From positions 2,160,001 through 2,192,000 of the forward strand of contig NC_009664.2 of assembly GCF_000017305.1 (NCBI RefSeq): a DNA stretch of 32,000 nucleotides, given 5' to 3'. Within the stretch, counting starts at the first letter, position 1. Each line of letters begins with the position of its first letter. Source of the DNA: Kineococcus radiotolerans SRS30216 = ATCC BAA-149 (lineage in GTDB: Bacteria; Actinomycetota; Actinomycetes; Actinomycetales; Kineococcaceae). Shown here one piece after another: positions 1 through 6,863 of this stretch. The notes under the pieces are model-generated. The model was given only the letters and a program-made list of their open reading frames with translations, had not been told where the DNA came from and did not search any database. The position numbers and the translations under genes were made by a program.

Positions 1-239
1 GCGGGCGGCCGTCGGGTGCGGTGCTCGTGCAGGTGCACGACCTCCGCCCCGGGCGCCCGTCGCGCGGCGGCCTCCCGGACCGCCCGCGTCGCGTCGCCGA
101 ACCGGGCACCGCGCGGGGCGACGAGCAGCTGCCCGTCGCCCCTCCCCTCGCGCGCGGCTCGACCCGCGGCGGCCATGGCGGCGAGAACCGCCGTCCCCAG
201 CACCACGACCCCCACGAGAATGCCTGCGACGATACCCAT
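1..239 (-). CDS. hypothetical membrane-anchored protein, 5' part only (gene runs off the window start)
   Basis: Not in the ORF track because no stop lies in the window. ATG at 239-237 is preceded by GGAGG with a 7-nt spacer. Translation MGIVAGILVGVVVLGTAVLAAMAAAGRAAREG... gives one hydrophobic helix. Third codon positions are almost all G/C, as in the confident genes. Confidence 0.4.
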   Translation of the reverse strand, partial: MGIVAGILVGVVVLGTAVLAAMAAAGRAAREGRGDGQLLVAPRGARFGDATRAVREAAARRAPGAEVVHLHEHRTRRPP

Positions 240-512
240 CTCCACCCCTCCCGCCGACCACCGGACCGAACACCTCGAGCATCGGCGACGCGGCGCGGCC
301 GGGCATCGGACCGGGGGTGGAACCCGTGCGTCCACCCGGGGGAGGACCTCCTCCGGGAGGACTACGACCGCGTCCCCGGGAGGGGCGCGGGACGGCGGGC
401 GGGGGTCAGGGCGGCGCTGCGCTGGTTCACCCCCGCAGTGAACCCCCGCCCCATGGGGACGGCACAGGGAGGTCCGGGCGAACTCCCGGGGAACTCGACC
501 CGAACGCGGGGG

Positions 513-1400
513 TCACTTCAGCAGGCGCGACAGCCTGCGGTCGGCCAGGACCTTCCCGCCGGTCTGGCAGGTGGCGCAGTACTGCATCGACCGGTCGGCG
601 AACGACACCTCGCGCACGGTGTCCCCGCAGACCGGGCAGGGCAGACCCGCCCGGCCGTGCACGCGCAGACCCGCCCGCTTGGCGTCCTTGAGCTCCTTCG
701 CGGGTTTCCCGCTCGCCGCGGCCACGGCGTCCAGCAGCGTCGTCCGCAGCGCGTCGTAGAGGCGTTCCACGTCGGGCGCGGGCAGCTTCCCCGCGATGGC
801 GTAGGGGGAGAGCCGGGCGACGTGCAGGACCTCGTCGGAGTAGGCGTTGCCCACCCCGGCCAGCACCGACTGGTCGCGCAGCAGGCCCTTGACCTGCTGG
901 CGCGACCCCGCCAGCAGCGAGGCGAACGCGGCCTCGTCGAAGGCGTCGTCCAGCGGGTCGGGCCCGAGGGTGGCGATGCCCGGGACCTGCGCGGGGTCGC
1001 GGACGACGTGCACGGCGAGGCGCTTCTGCGTGCCGGCCTCGGTGAGGTCGAACCCCGGGGGGCGGTGGGGGTCCTCGTCGTCCTCGGGGGCGAGCCGGAC
1101 CCGCAGCGCGACGGGGTTCTTCCCCCCGGGCCGCAGCGGCGCCGCCGGCAGGGCGTCGGACCAGCGCACCCAGCCCGCGCGGGACAGGTGGACGGCCAGG
1201 TGCAGGCCGTCGACGTCGACGTCGAGCCACTTGCCGCGCCGGACCACCCCGGCGACGAGCAACCCGCCCAGCGCCGACGGCGGGGGGTCGTAGGTCTTGA
1301 GGACGTTCAGCGCCCCGACCTCGACGCGGGCCACGACCCGGCCCACGAGCCGCTCGCGCAGGAAGGTGGCGAGCGCTTCGACCTCGGGCAGTTCCGGCAC
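513..1400 (-). CDS. Fpg/Nei-family DNA glycosylase/AP lyase (endonuclease VIII-like)
   Basis: Part of ORF 513..1418. Family signature (M)PELPEVE N-terminus, RRGK lysine motif, and C-terminal zinc finger CPVC-x16-CATC. I place the start at GTG 1400-1398, so that Pro is residue 2 as the catalytic mechanism of this family requires. Confidence 0.9.
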   Translation of the reverse strand: MPELPEVEALATFLRERLVGRVVARVEVGALNVLKTYDPPPSALGGLLVAGVVRRGKWLDVDVDGLHLAVHLSRAGWVRWSDALPAAPLRPGGKNPVALRVRLAPEDDEDPHRPPGFDLTEAGTQKRLAVHVVRDPAQVPGIATLGPDPLDDAFDEAAFASLLAGSRQQVKGLLRDQSVLAGVGNAYSDEVLHVARLSPYAIAGKLPAPDVERLYDALRTTLLDAVAAASGKPAKELKDAKRAGLRVHGRAGLPCPVCGDTVREVSFADRSMQYCATCQTGGKVLADRRLSRLLK

Positions 1401-1492
1401 CGGGCCAGTGTGGTGCACCGCGGCCCGCCCGGCGAGGTCTTCGGCGCACCGCGCTCGCCGACGACGGTCGTCCGAAAGCGTGGAGACGTTGC

Positions 1493-1513
1493 CCCGGAAC
1501 GCGTTCCCGGAAC
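1493..1513. promoter_or_regulatory. candidate operator: alternating half-sites GGAAC-gc-GTTCC-c-GGAAC in the nei/GDT1 divergent intergenic region
   Basis: GGAACGCGTTCC (1496-1507) is a perfect 12-bp palindrome, and GTTCCcGGAAC (1503-1513) is a second overlapping one. CCCGGAAC is directly repeated at 1493-1500 and 1506-1513. The site lies 37 nt upstream of the 1550 start. Confidence 0.35.
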
Positions 1514-1549
1514 TTTCGCGGCCCGGGCCCGGCGTGGTCTCGTGCTCGG

Positions 1550-2167
1550 GTGGATCCCGCCGTCTTCGCCGCCAGCTTCCTGCCGATCCTGCTGCTGGAG
1601 CTGCCCGACAAGACCTTCGTCGCCACCCTCGTCCTCGCGACGCGGTTCCGCCCGCTGACGGCCTGGACCGGGGTGGGGCTGGCCTTCGCCGTCCAGAGCC
1701 TCATCGCCGTCGTGGCCGGGCGGTTGCTCGCCCAGCTCCCGGACCGCCCGGTGGCCGCGGTGGCGGCCCTGCTCTTCGCGGTCGGCGCCTTCACCCTGTT
1801 CCGGGGGGCGGCGAAGGCGCGGCAGGCCGAGGAGGACGCCCTGCACGAGTACGAGCGGAAGGTGCGGGGCGGGCGGACGGGGCTGCGCGCGGTCGCGGCC
1901 TGCTTCGGGGTCGTCTTCCTCGCGGAGTGGGGCGACCTGTCGCAGCTGTTCACCGCGGGGCTGGCCGCCCGCTACGAGGACCCGGTCTCGGTCTTCGCCG
2001 GGGCCTGGGCGGCGCTGCTGGTCGTCTCCGGGCTGGCCGCCGCCGCCGGCGCGGCCCTGATGAGGAGGTTGAGCGTCGCCACCGTCAGCCGCGTCGGGGG
2101 CGTCGTGTGCGCCGTCCTGGCGGTCCTGACGCTGCTCGAGGTCGCCGGGGTGGAGCTGCCCCTCTGA
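1550..2167 (+). CDS. GDT1/TMEM165 (UPF0016) family cation (Mn2+/Ca2+) transporter
   Basis: 205 aa, polytopic. Two copies of the family E-x-G-D-(K/R)-(T/S)-like motif (ELPDKT near the N-terminus, EWGDLSQ in the second half). GTG start. Confidence 0.8.
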   Translation: MDPAVFAASFLPILLLELPDKTFVATLVLATRFRPLTAWTGVGLAFAVQSLIAVVAGRLLAQLPDRPVAAVAALLFAVGAFTLFRGAAKARQAEEDALHEYERKVRGGRTGLRAVAACFGVVFLAEWGDLSQLFTAGLAARYEDPVSVFAGAWAALLVVSGLAAAAGAALMRRLSVATVSRVGGVVCAVLAVLTLLEVAGVELPL

Positions 2168-2313
2168 CCCCGTCGGCGGCGCGGCGGGCCTGCGTGCGGA
2201 CAAGCGGCGGGCCGAGTGATTGACTGTCCGTCACGCAGCGATGACTCTGCTCACATGCGTACCGCTGGGAGCGCCGTGGAGGGACCGCGGCGCGGCTGAC
2301 GTCGGGTGGGGAG

Positions 2314-2712
2314 GTGGGACCTGTGTTCCGCGTGGTCCTCCCGCCCAACCCGCGGTCGGTCGGCGTCGCGCGGTGGCTCATCACCGAGTGGTGCGCCCCC
2401 TGGGTGGCCGCGGCCCAGCTCGACGAGGACGTCGTCGAGTCCGCGCTGCTGCTGGCCAGCGAGGTCATCACCAACGCCGTCGTGCACGGGGACGGCATGG
2501 TCCAGGTCGACGTGGGCCGGGTCGAGGGCCCGTCCCTGCGCGTGGAGGTCTCCGACGACGGCGGCGGCATGCCGCTCATCGGCGCCCAGCGCACCGACGC
2601 CGAGAGCGGGCGCGGGATGGCCATGGTCGAGCTGCTGTCCAGCCGCTGGGGCACCGACCTCGCCGTCGGCCCCCTGGGCAAGACCGTCTGGTTCGAGGTG
2701 TCCGGCTCCTAG
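2314..2712 (+). CDS. anti-sigma-factor-type ATP-binding protein (HATPase_c, RsbW/SpoIIAB-like Ser kinase fold)
   Basis: N-box-like EVITNAVVHG, G1-like SDDGGGMP and SGRGMAMV motifs in about 130 aa. GGGGAGG lies at 2308-2314, so the real start may be GTG 2323 rather than GTG 2314. Confidence 0.75.
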   Translation: MGPVFRVVLPPNPRSVGVARWLITEWCAPWVAAAQLDEDVVESALLLASEVITNAVVHGDGMVQVDVGRVEGPSLRVEVSDDGGGMPLIGAQRTDAESGRGMAMVELLSSRWGTDLAVGPLGKTVWFEVSGS

Positions 2713-3953
2713 GCCCGGCCCCGGGCGTCCCCCGCCGGCCCCGCCGCCGGGGAGCGCACCAGGGCGTCGCGGCCGGCCAGGCGCGCCGCCACCAGCTGCC
2801 CGGCGCAGACCACGACCAGGACGGCCAGCGGCAGCGTCCACCCGCCGCTCGCCGCGTGCAGGGCGCCGGCGAGCACCGGGCCCGCCGCGGCCGCGAGGTA
2901 GCCGACGGCCTGGGCCATCCCCGACAGCGCCACCGCCGTGGGGCCGTCGGCCGCCCGCGCCGAGACGCTCGCCAGGGCCAGCACCACCGACCCGCCCATC
3001 CCCAGCCCCGCCACGACCACGGCGACCGTCGCCGCGCCCGGCGCCGCCAGGAGCAGCACGAGCCCGAGCAGGGTCAGCGCCGTGGAGCCCAGCGCCGCCC
3101 GCCGCGTCCGGGTCACCGTGCGCCCGGCGGCGAGGGGGACCAGCAGGCTGCCCGCGACCCCCGCGACCTGCATCACCGACAGCAGCACCCCGGCCGCGGT
3201 GGCGTCGGCGCCGGAGCGGTCGTGGACGATCGTCGCCAGCCACGACAGCAGGACGTAGAAGACCACCGACTGGGCCGCCAGGAACGCCGTGACCGCCCAC
3301 GCCAGGGGTGAGCCCCACGGGGCCCGGGCGCGGGGGGCGGTGGGGGCGGTGCCGCGGCGGCGGACCAGCGGCAGCCACAGGAGCCCGCCGACCAGGGCGG
3401 GCACGGCCCACACGGCGAGCGCGCTGCGCCAGCCGCCGGGCAGCTCCCGGGCCAGCGGGACGGCCACCCCGGAGGAGACGCTGGCGACGACCTGCATGAG
3501 GACGACGTAGGTGCTGGTCAGCAGGGGGATGCGGCGGGGGAAGTCGTCGCGGGCGAGGGCGGGCATGAGGACGTTGGCGACGGCGATGGCCACCCCGACG
3601 ACGGCGGTGCCGGCGAAGAGCGGCACGACGCCGGGGACCCAGCGCAGCAGGGCCCCGAGCACGAGCAGGAACAGGGCGAGCACCAGCGTCGGGCGGGTCC
3701 CGCAGCGGGCGGCGACGCGGGGCACGACGAGGGAGCTGACGGCGAAGGCCAGCAGCGGCAGGGAGGTCAGCGCCCCGGCGGCCGTCGCGGACAGGCCGGT
3801 GTCGGCGGACAGGACCGGCAGCACCGGGCCGACGCCGGTGAGGGGGGCCCGCATGGCGCAGGCGACGAGGAGGAACCCCGCGAGGAGCACGGCGGCGCTC
3901 CCCCGGGAGGCGGGACCGGTGGTGCCCCCGGGCGGGGTGAGGGGTGCGCGCAT
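2709..3953 (-). CDS. MFS transporter (CynX/cyanate-permease-like subfamily)
   Basis: C-terminal 414 aa of ORF 2709..4202, about 12 hydrophobic segments. N-terminal region AMRAPLTGVGPVLPVLSADTGLS resembles the CynX-type NLRPxxTxxGPLL motif. Start chosen at ATG 3953; the upstream part of the ORF is Arg-rich shadow. GTG 3974 is an alternative start. Confidence 0.8.
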   Translation of the reverse strand: MRAPLTPPGGTTGPASRGSAAVLLAGFLLVACAMRAPLTGVGPVLPVLSADTGLSATAAGALTSLPLLAFAVSSLVVPRVAARCGTRPTLVLALFLLVLGALLRWVPGVVPLFAGTAVVGVAIAVANVLMPALARDDFPRRIPLLTSTYVVLMQVVASVSSGVAVPLARELPGGWRSALAVWAVPALVGGLLWLPLVRRRGTAPTAPRARAPWGSPLAWAVTAFLAAQSVVFYVLLSWLATIVHDRSGADATAAGVLLSVMQVAGVAGSLLVPLAAGRTVTRTRRAALGSTALTLLGLVLLLAAPGAATVAVVVAGLGMGGSVVLALASVSARAADGPTAVALSGMAQAVGYLAAAAGPVLAGALHAASGGWTLPLAVLVVVCAGQLVAARLAGRDALVRSPAAGPAGDARGRA

Positions 3954-3997
3954 GACGGGCCCATCGTCGCGCACGGGTGGTTCGCCGGGGGCCCCGG

Positions 3998-4411
3998 TCA
4001 GGACCGGCGGGACTCCCGGCGCAGGTAGACCAGGCCGAGCACCGGCAGCACGAGCGGCACGAACCCGTACCCGCGCCCGTAGCCGGACCACACGGTGGAG
4101 TCGGGGAAGGCCCGCGCGTCGGCGAGGCTGAGGGTCCCGACGGTCAGGACGCCGAGCAGCTCCACGGTGCAGGCGGCCCACGCGGCGCGGCGCCAGCCCC
4201 ACCCCGTGCGCCCCAGCCCGAGGGTGGCCACGACGTAGACGGCGCCGGCGAACCCGGACAGCGCGTAGGCCAGCGGGGCCTCGTGGAAGCGGGTCGCGAT
4301 CTGCACGGCGGCCCGGGAGACCGCGGCGACCGCGAAGACGGCGTAGAGGGCGACGAGGACGCGGCCGAGGCCGGTGGTGCGGCGCGCGGGGCGGCGGGAC
4401 CGGGTGCTCAC
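3998..4411 (-). CDS. hypothetical integral membrane protein (about 4 TM, 137 aa)
   Basis: C-terminal part of ORF 3998..4906. GTG 4411-4409 overlaps the upstream gene stop (GTGA). The sequence from that start on is hydrophobic (LVALYAVFAVAAV..., GFVPLVLPVLGLVYL). No family recognised. Confidence 0.6.
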   Translation of the reverse strand: MSTRSRRPARRTTGLGRVLVALYAVFAVAAVSRAAVQIATRFHEAPLAYALSGFAGAVYVVATLGLGRTGWGWRRAAWAACTVELLGVLTVGTLSLADARAFPDSTVWSGYGRGYGFVPLVLPVLGLVYLRRESRRS

Positions 4412-4770
4412 CGCGTCACCGCGAAGAGGAGGAACGCCCGGTAGGCGACGACCATCGCGGCGAAGCAGGCCACGACGAGGACGAGGGGGCTGGGCCGCGA
4501 CCGGTCGGCCAGGGTCCAGAACGTCGCGGCGGGCAGCACGAGGGGGGCGACGACGAGGTAGGCGATGGAGGTGGCGAGCTCGACGGGGCGCGGCCCGGTG
4601 ACGAGCTCGGCGACCCCGTCGGCGACGAGGGCCAGCACGGCCAGCTCCAGCACGCCGACCCCGACCAGCAGCGGGCGCCCGACCCGGCGGTCGCGGGCGA
4701 CGACGGCGACCGCCCAGGCCCCCACGATCAGGGCCAGGACGCAGACCACCGCGACGAGGAGACCGGACAC
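4408..4770 (-). CDS. hypothetical integral membrane protein (about 4 TM, 120 aa)
   Basis: ORF 4408..4770, GTG start, four hydrophobic segments, GC3-rich. Its stop overlaps the start of the next gene by 4 nt. TAGAGT (-10-like) ends 8 nt upstream of the start. No family recognised. Confidence 0.6.
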   Translation of the reverse strand: MSGLLVAVVCVLALIVGAWAVAVVARDRRVGRPLLVGVGVLELAVLALVADGVAELVTGPRPVELATSIAYLVVAPLVLPAATFWTLADRSRPSPLVLVVACFAAMVVAYRAFLLFAVTR

Positions 4771-4829
4771 GAGGGTGAACTCTACGAGTCCCGGGAAGCA
4801 GACCGGCCCGGCGGTGGTTGCTGCCGTAC

Positions 4830-5909
4830 ATGGATCTGTTCTCCCCCGTCGCCCTGGGCGACCTCCAGCTCTCGAACCGCCTCGTCATGGCCCCGCTCAC
4901 CCGCATGCGCTCGGGCTCCGAGGGGGTGCCGGGGCCGCTGGTCGCCGAGCACTACGCCCAGCGGGCGAGCCTGGGGCTCATCGTCACCGAGGGGACCTAC
5001 CTCAACGGCGAGTCGCAGGGCTTCGTGGGGCAGCCGGGCATCGTCACCGACGCCCAGCAGGAGGGCTGGCGGGCCGTGGCCGAGGCGGTGCACGCCGGCG
5101 GCGGGAAGATCGTCATGCAGGTCATGCACGCCGGGCGGGTGACCCACCCCGAGACCACCGGCGGCGACCGGATCGTCGGGCCGAGCGCGATCGCCATCCA
5201 GGGCGAGACCCACACCCCGACCGGCAAGCAGCCCTACCCGGTCCCGCACGCGCTGACCACCGAGGAGGTCGCCGGGGTGGTGGCCGACTTCGTGGCCGCC
5301 TCCCGCCGCGCCGTCGACGCCGGCCTGGACGGGGTCGAGATCCACTCCGCCAACGGGTACCTGCTGCACGAGTTCCTCGCCCCCAGCTCCAACCACCGCG
5401 ACGACCAGTACGGCGGCTCGCCGGAGAACCGGGCCCGCCTCGTGGTCGAGATCGCCACGGCCGTGGCCGCCGAGATCGGCGCCGGCCGCGTCGGGGTGCG
5501 CATCTCCCCCGAGCACAACATCCAGGACGCCCTGGAGACCGACCCCGCCGACGTCGAGGCGACGTACTCGGCGCTGGTCGAGGGCCTGCGCCCGCTCGGC
5601 CTGGCCTACCTGTCCGTGCTGCACGCCGACCCCTCCGGCGGCCTCGTGCAGGGCCTGCGCAAGCAGTTCGAGGGCCACCTCATGGTCAACAGCGGTTTCG
5701 GGGTCGTGACCTCGCGCCAGGACGCGCTGGACCTGGTCGCCGAGGGCACCGCCGACTCCGTGGCCGTGGGCCGCATGGCCATCGCGAACCCGGACCTGGT
5801 GCGCCGCTGGCAGGAGGACCTGCCCGAGAACGAGCCGAACCCGGCCACGTTCTACGCCGACGGGGCCGAGGGCTACACCGACTACCCCTTCGTGGACGCC
5901 CCGGCCTGA
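4830..5909 (+). CDS. Old Yellow Enzyme family NAD(P)H:flavin oxidoreductase (alkene/N-ethylmaleimide reductase-like)
   Basis: MDLFSPVALGDLQLSNRLVMAPLTRMR N-terminus and HSANGYLLHEFL active-site motif are typical of OYE/NemA. The track ORF begins at TTG 4818; ATG 4830 gives the canonical N-terminus. Confidence 0.9.
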   Translation: MDLFSPVALGDLQLSNRLVMAPLTRMRSGSEGVPGPLVAEHYAQRASLGLIVTEGTYLNGESQGFVGQPGIVTDAQQEGWRAVAEAVHAGGGKIVMQVMHAGRVTHPETTGGDRIVGPSAIAIQGETHTPTGKQPYPVPHALTTEEVAGVVADFVAASRRAVDAGLDGVEIHSANGYLLHEFLAPSSNHRDDQYGGSPENRARLVVEIATAVAAEIGAGRVGVRISPEHNIQDALETDPADVEATYSALVEGLRPLGLAYLSVLHADPSGGLVQGLRKQFEGHLMVNSGFGVVTSRQDALDLVAEGTADSVAVGRMAIANPDLVRRWQEDLPENEPNPATFYADGAEGYTDYPFVDAPA

Positions 5910-5945
5910 GCCGGACGGAACGGCTCCCCCGCCGACGGTGGTGAC

Positions 5946-5972
5946 GGGACCGGCTGCGGCGCAGCCGGTCCC
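5946..5972 (+). terminator. GC-rich hairpin downstream of the OYE gene (no U-tract)
   Basis: Perfect 12-bp stem GGGACCGGCTGC / GCAGCCGGTCCC with a 3-nt loop, 37 nt after the stop at 5909. Confidence 0.5.
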
Positions 5973-6026
5973 GAGGCCGAGCGGGCGGACGGCACCCCAC
6001 GACCGGCGCGAGCACCGGGGCGGCAG

Positions 6027-6032
6027 TAGGTT
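6027..6032 (+). promoter_or_regulatory. -10-like hexamer TAGGTT placed for a leaderless transcript of the Fpg-like gene
   Basis: TAGGTT (TAnnnT) ends 6 nt before GTG 6039, and there is no Shine-Dalgarno sequence in between. The same AGTAGGTTC 9-mer occurs 6 nt before GTG 31456. Confidence 0.45.
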
Positions 6033-6038
6033 CTCGGC

Positions 6039-6860
6039 GTGCCGGAACTGCCCGAGGTCCAGTCCGCCCGTCAGGTCGTCGAACGGGGCGGGTTGTTCCG
6101 CACCATCGCCGACGTCGACGACCGCGACACCTACGCGTGCCGCCCGCACGCGCCCGGGGACCTGCGCCGGGCGCTGGTGGGCCGGACCCTCACCGCCGCC
6201 CACCGGCGCGGGAAGTCGATGTGGTGCGACACCTCCGGGCGCGACGGGGACGAGGGCCCGGCGCTGGGGATCCACCTGGGCATGAGCGGGCGGATCTTCG
6301 TGAGTTCCGCCGGGGGCGCGGACCTGCTCGTGGGCGGGGACTACGCGGGCCCGCGGGAGAGCCCGAACCCGGTCAAGGAGGAGTGGTACCGCTTCACCCT
6401 CGACTTCGAGGACGGCGGGCAGCTGCGGCTCTTCGACAAGCGCCGCCTGGGCCGGGTGCGCCTGGACCCCGACGTCGACGCCCTCGGTCCCGACGCCGAG
6501 CTCGTGGGCCGCGAGGAGTTCCGCGAGCGCATCGGGCGCGGCAGCGCCCCGCTGAAGGCCCGGTTGCTGGACCAGTCGGTGGTGGCCGGGATCGGGAACC
6601 TGCTGGCCGACGAGGTCCTGTGGCGCGCTCGCGCCAGCCCGCTGAAGCCCGCCGGGGAACTGCGTGCGGAGGAGCTCGACGAGCTGCGCCGCGAGCTGCG
6701 CGCCGCGATCCGCCACGCCGTCCGCCACGGCGGCGTCCACACCGGCGAGGTGGTCCCGCACCGCACCGCCGGCGGGCACTGCCCGCGCTGCGGGGCGGAG
6801 ATGGTCCGCGCCACGGTCGGGGGCCGCACGACGTGGTGGTGCTCGGCGGAACAGGGGTGA
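6039..6860 (+). CDS. Fpg/MutM-like DNA glycosylase with incomplete zinc finger
   Basis: (M)PELPEVQ N-terminus from a GTG start, HRRGKSMW lysine motif, HLGMSGR motif. The C-terminus is CPRC-x16-C-S-A-E, so a Glu sits where the fourth Cys is expected. Confidence 0.85.
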   Translation: MPELPEVQSARQVVERGGLFRTIADVDDRDTYACRPHAPGDLRRALVGRTLTAAHRRGKSMWCDTSGRDGDEGPALGIHLGMSGRIFVSSAGGADLLVGGDYAGPRESPNPVKEEWYRFTLDFEDGGQLRLFDKRRLGRVRLDPDVDALGPDAELVGREEFRERIGRGSAPLKARLLDQSVVAGIGNLLADEVLWRARASPLKPAGELRAEELDELRRELRAAIRHAVRHGGVHTGEVVPHRTAGGHCPRCGAEMVRATVGGRTTWWCSAEQG

Positions 6861-6863
6861 GCG

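Noticed and set aside
424-444. Hairpin GGTTCAC-N7-GTGAACC about 70 nt downstream of the nei stop
   Set aside because: Only a 7-bp stem with no U-tract, in a 270-bp region I cannot otherwise interpret. Too weak to call a terminator.
641-677. 13-nt direct repeat GCAGACCCGCCCG with a 24-nt period inside the nei gene
   Set aside because: In-frame, encodes RAGL...RAGL just before the zinc finger. Most simply a short GC-rich coincidence or an old micro-duplication, with no independent signal.
1496-1507. Possible LexA SOS box upstream of the DNA-repair gene nei
   Set aside because: The actinobacterial SOS box is TCGAAC-N4-GTTCGA. Here the GAAC and GTTC halves are separated by 2 nt and lack the flanking TC/GA, so it does not fit.
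1401-1549. yybP-ykoY (Mn2+) riboswitch upstream of the GDT1/TMEM165-type exporter
   Set aside because: This transporter family is often under that riboswitch. I see no GGGGAGUAG-type 5' element or the paired conserved loops, and the 149-bp region must also hold two divergent promoters. A cmsearch with RF00080 would settle it.
21-1953. Long overlapping ORFs 21..1658 (+), 427..1953 (-) and 1297..2223 (+)
   Set aside because: No family motifs, extreme Arg/Pro content, and overlap with the well-supported Nei and GDT1 genes in the wrong GC3 phase.
2181-2213. 10-bp direct repeat GCGGCGGGCC x2, spaced 23 bp, after the GDT1 gene
   Set aside because: Low-complexity GC-rich repeat with no symmetry and no positional relation to a start site. 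Likely chance.
4782-6779. 665-aa minus-strand ORF antisense to the OYE and Fpg-like genes. Analogous long antisense ORFs at 15265..16980, 9127..11844, 7556..9097, 13036..14520 and 22450..23424.
   Set aside because: Each is antisense to a gene with strong motif support, and the translations are compositionally biased (G/R/V/D/P) without recognisable domains.
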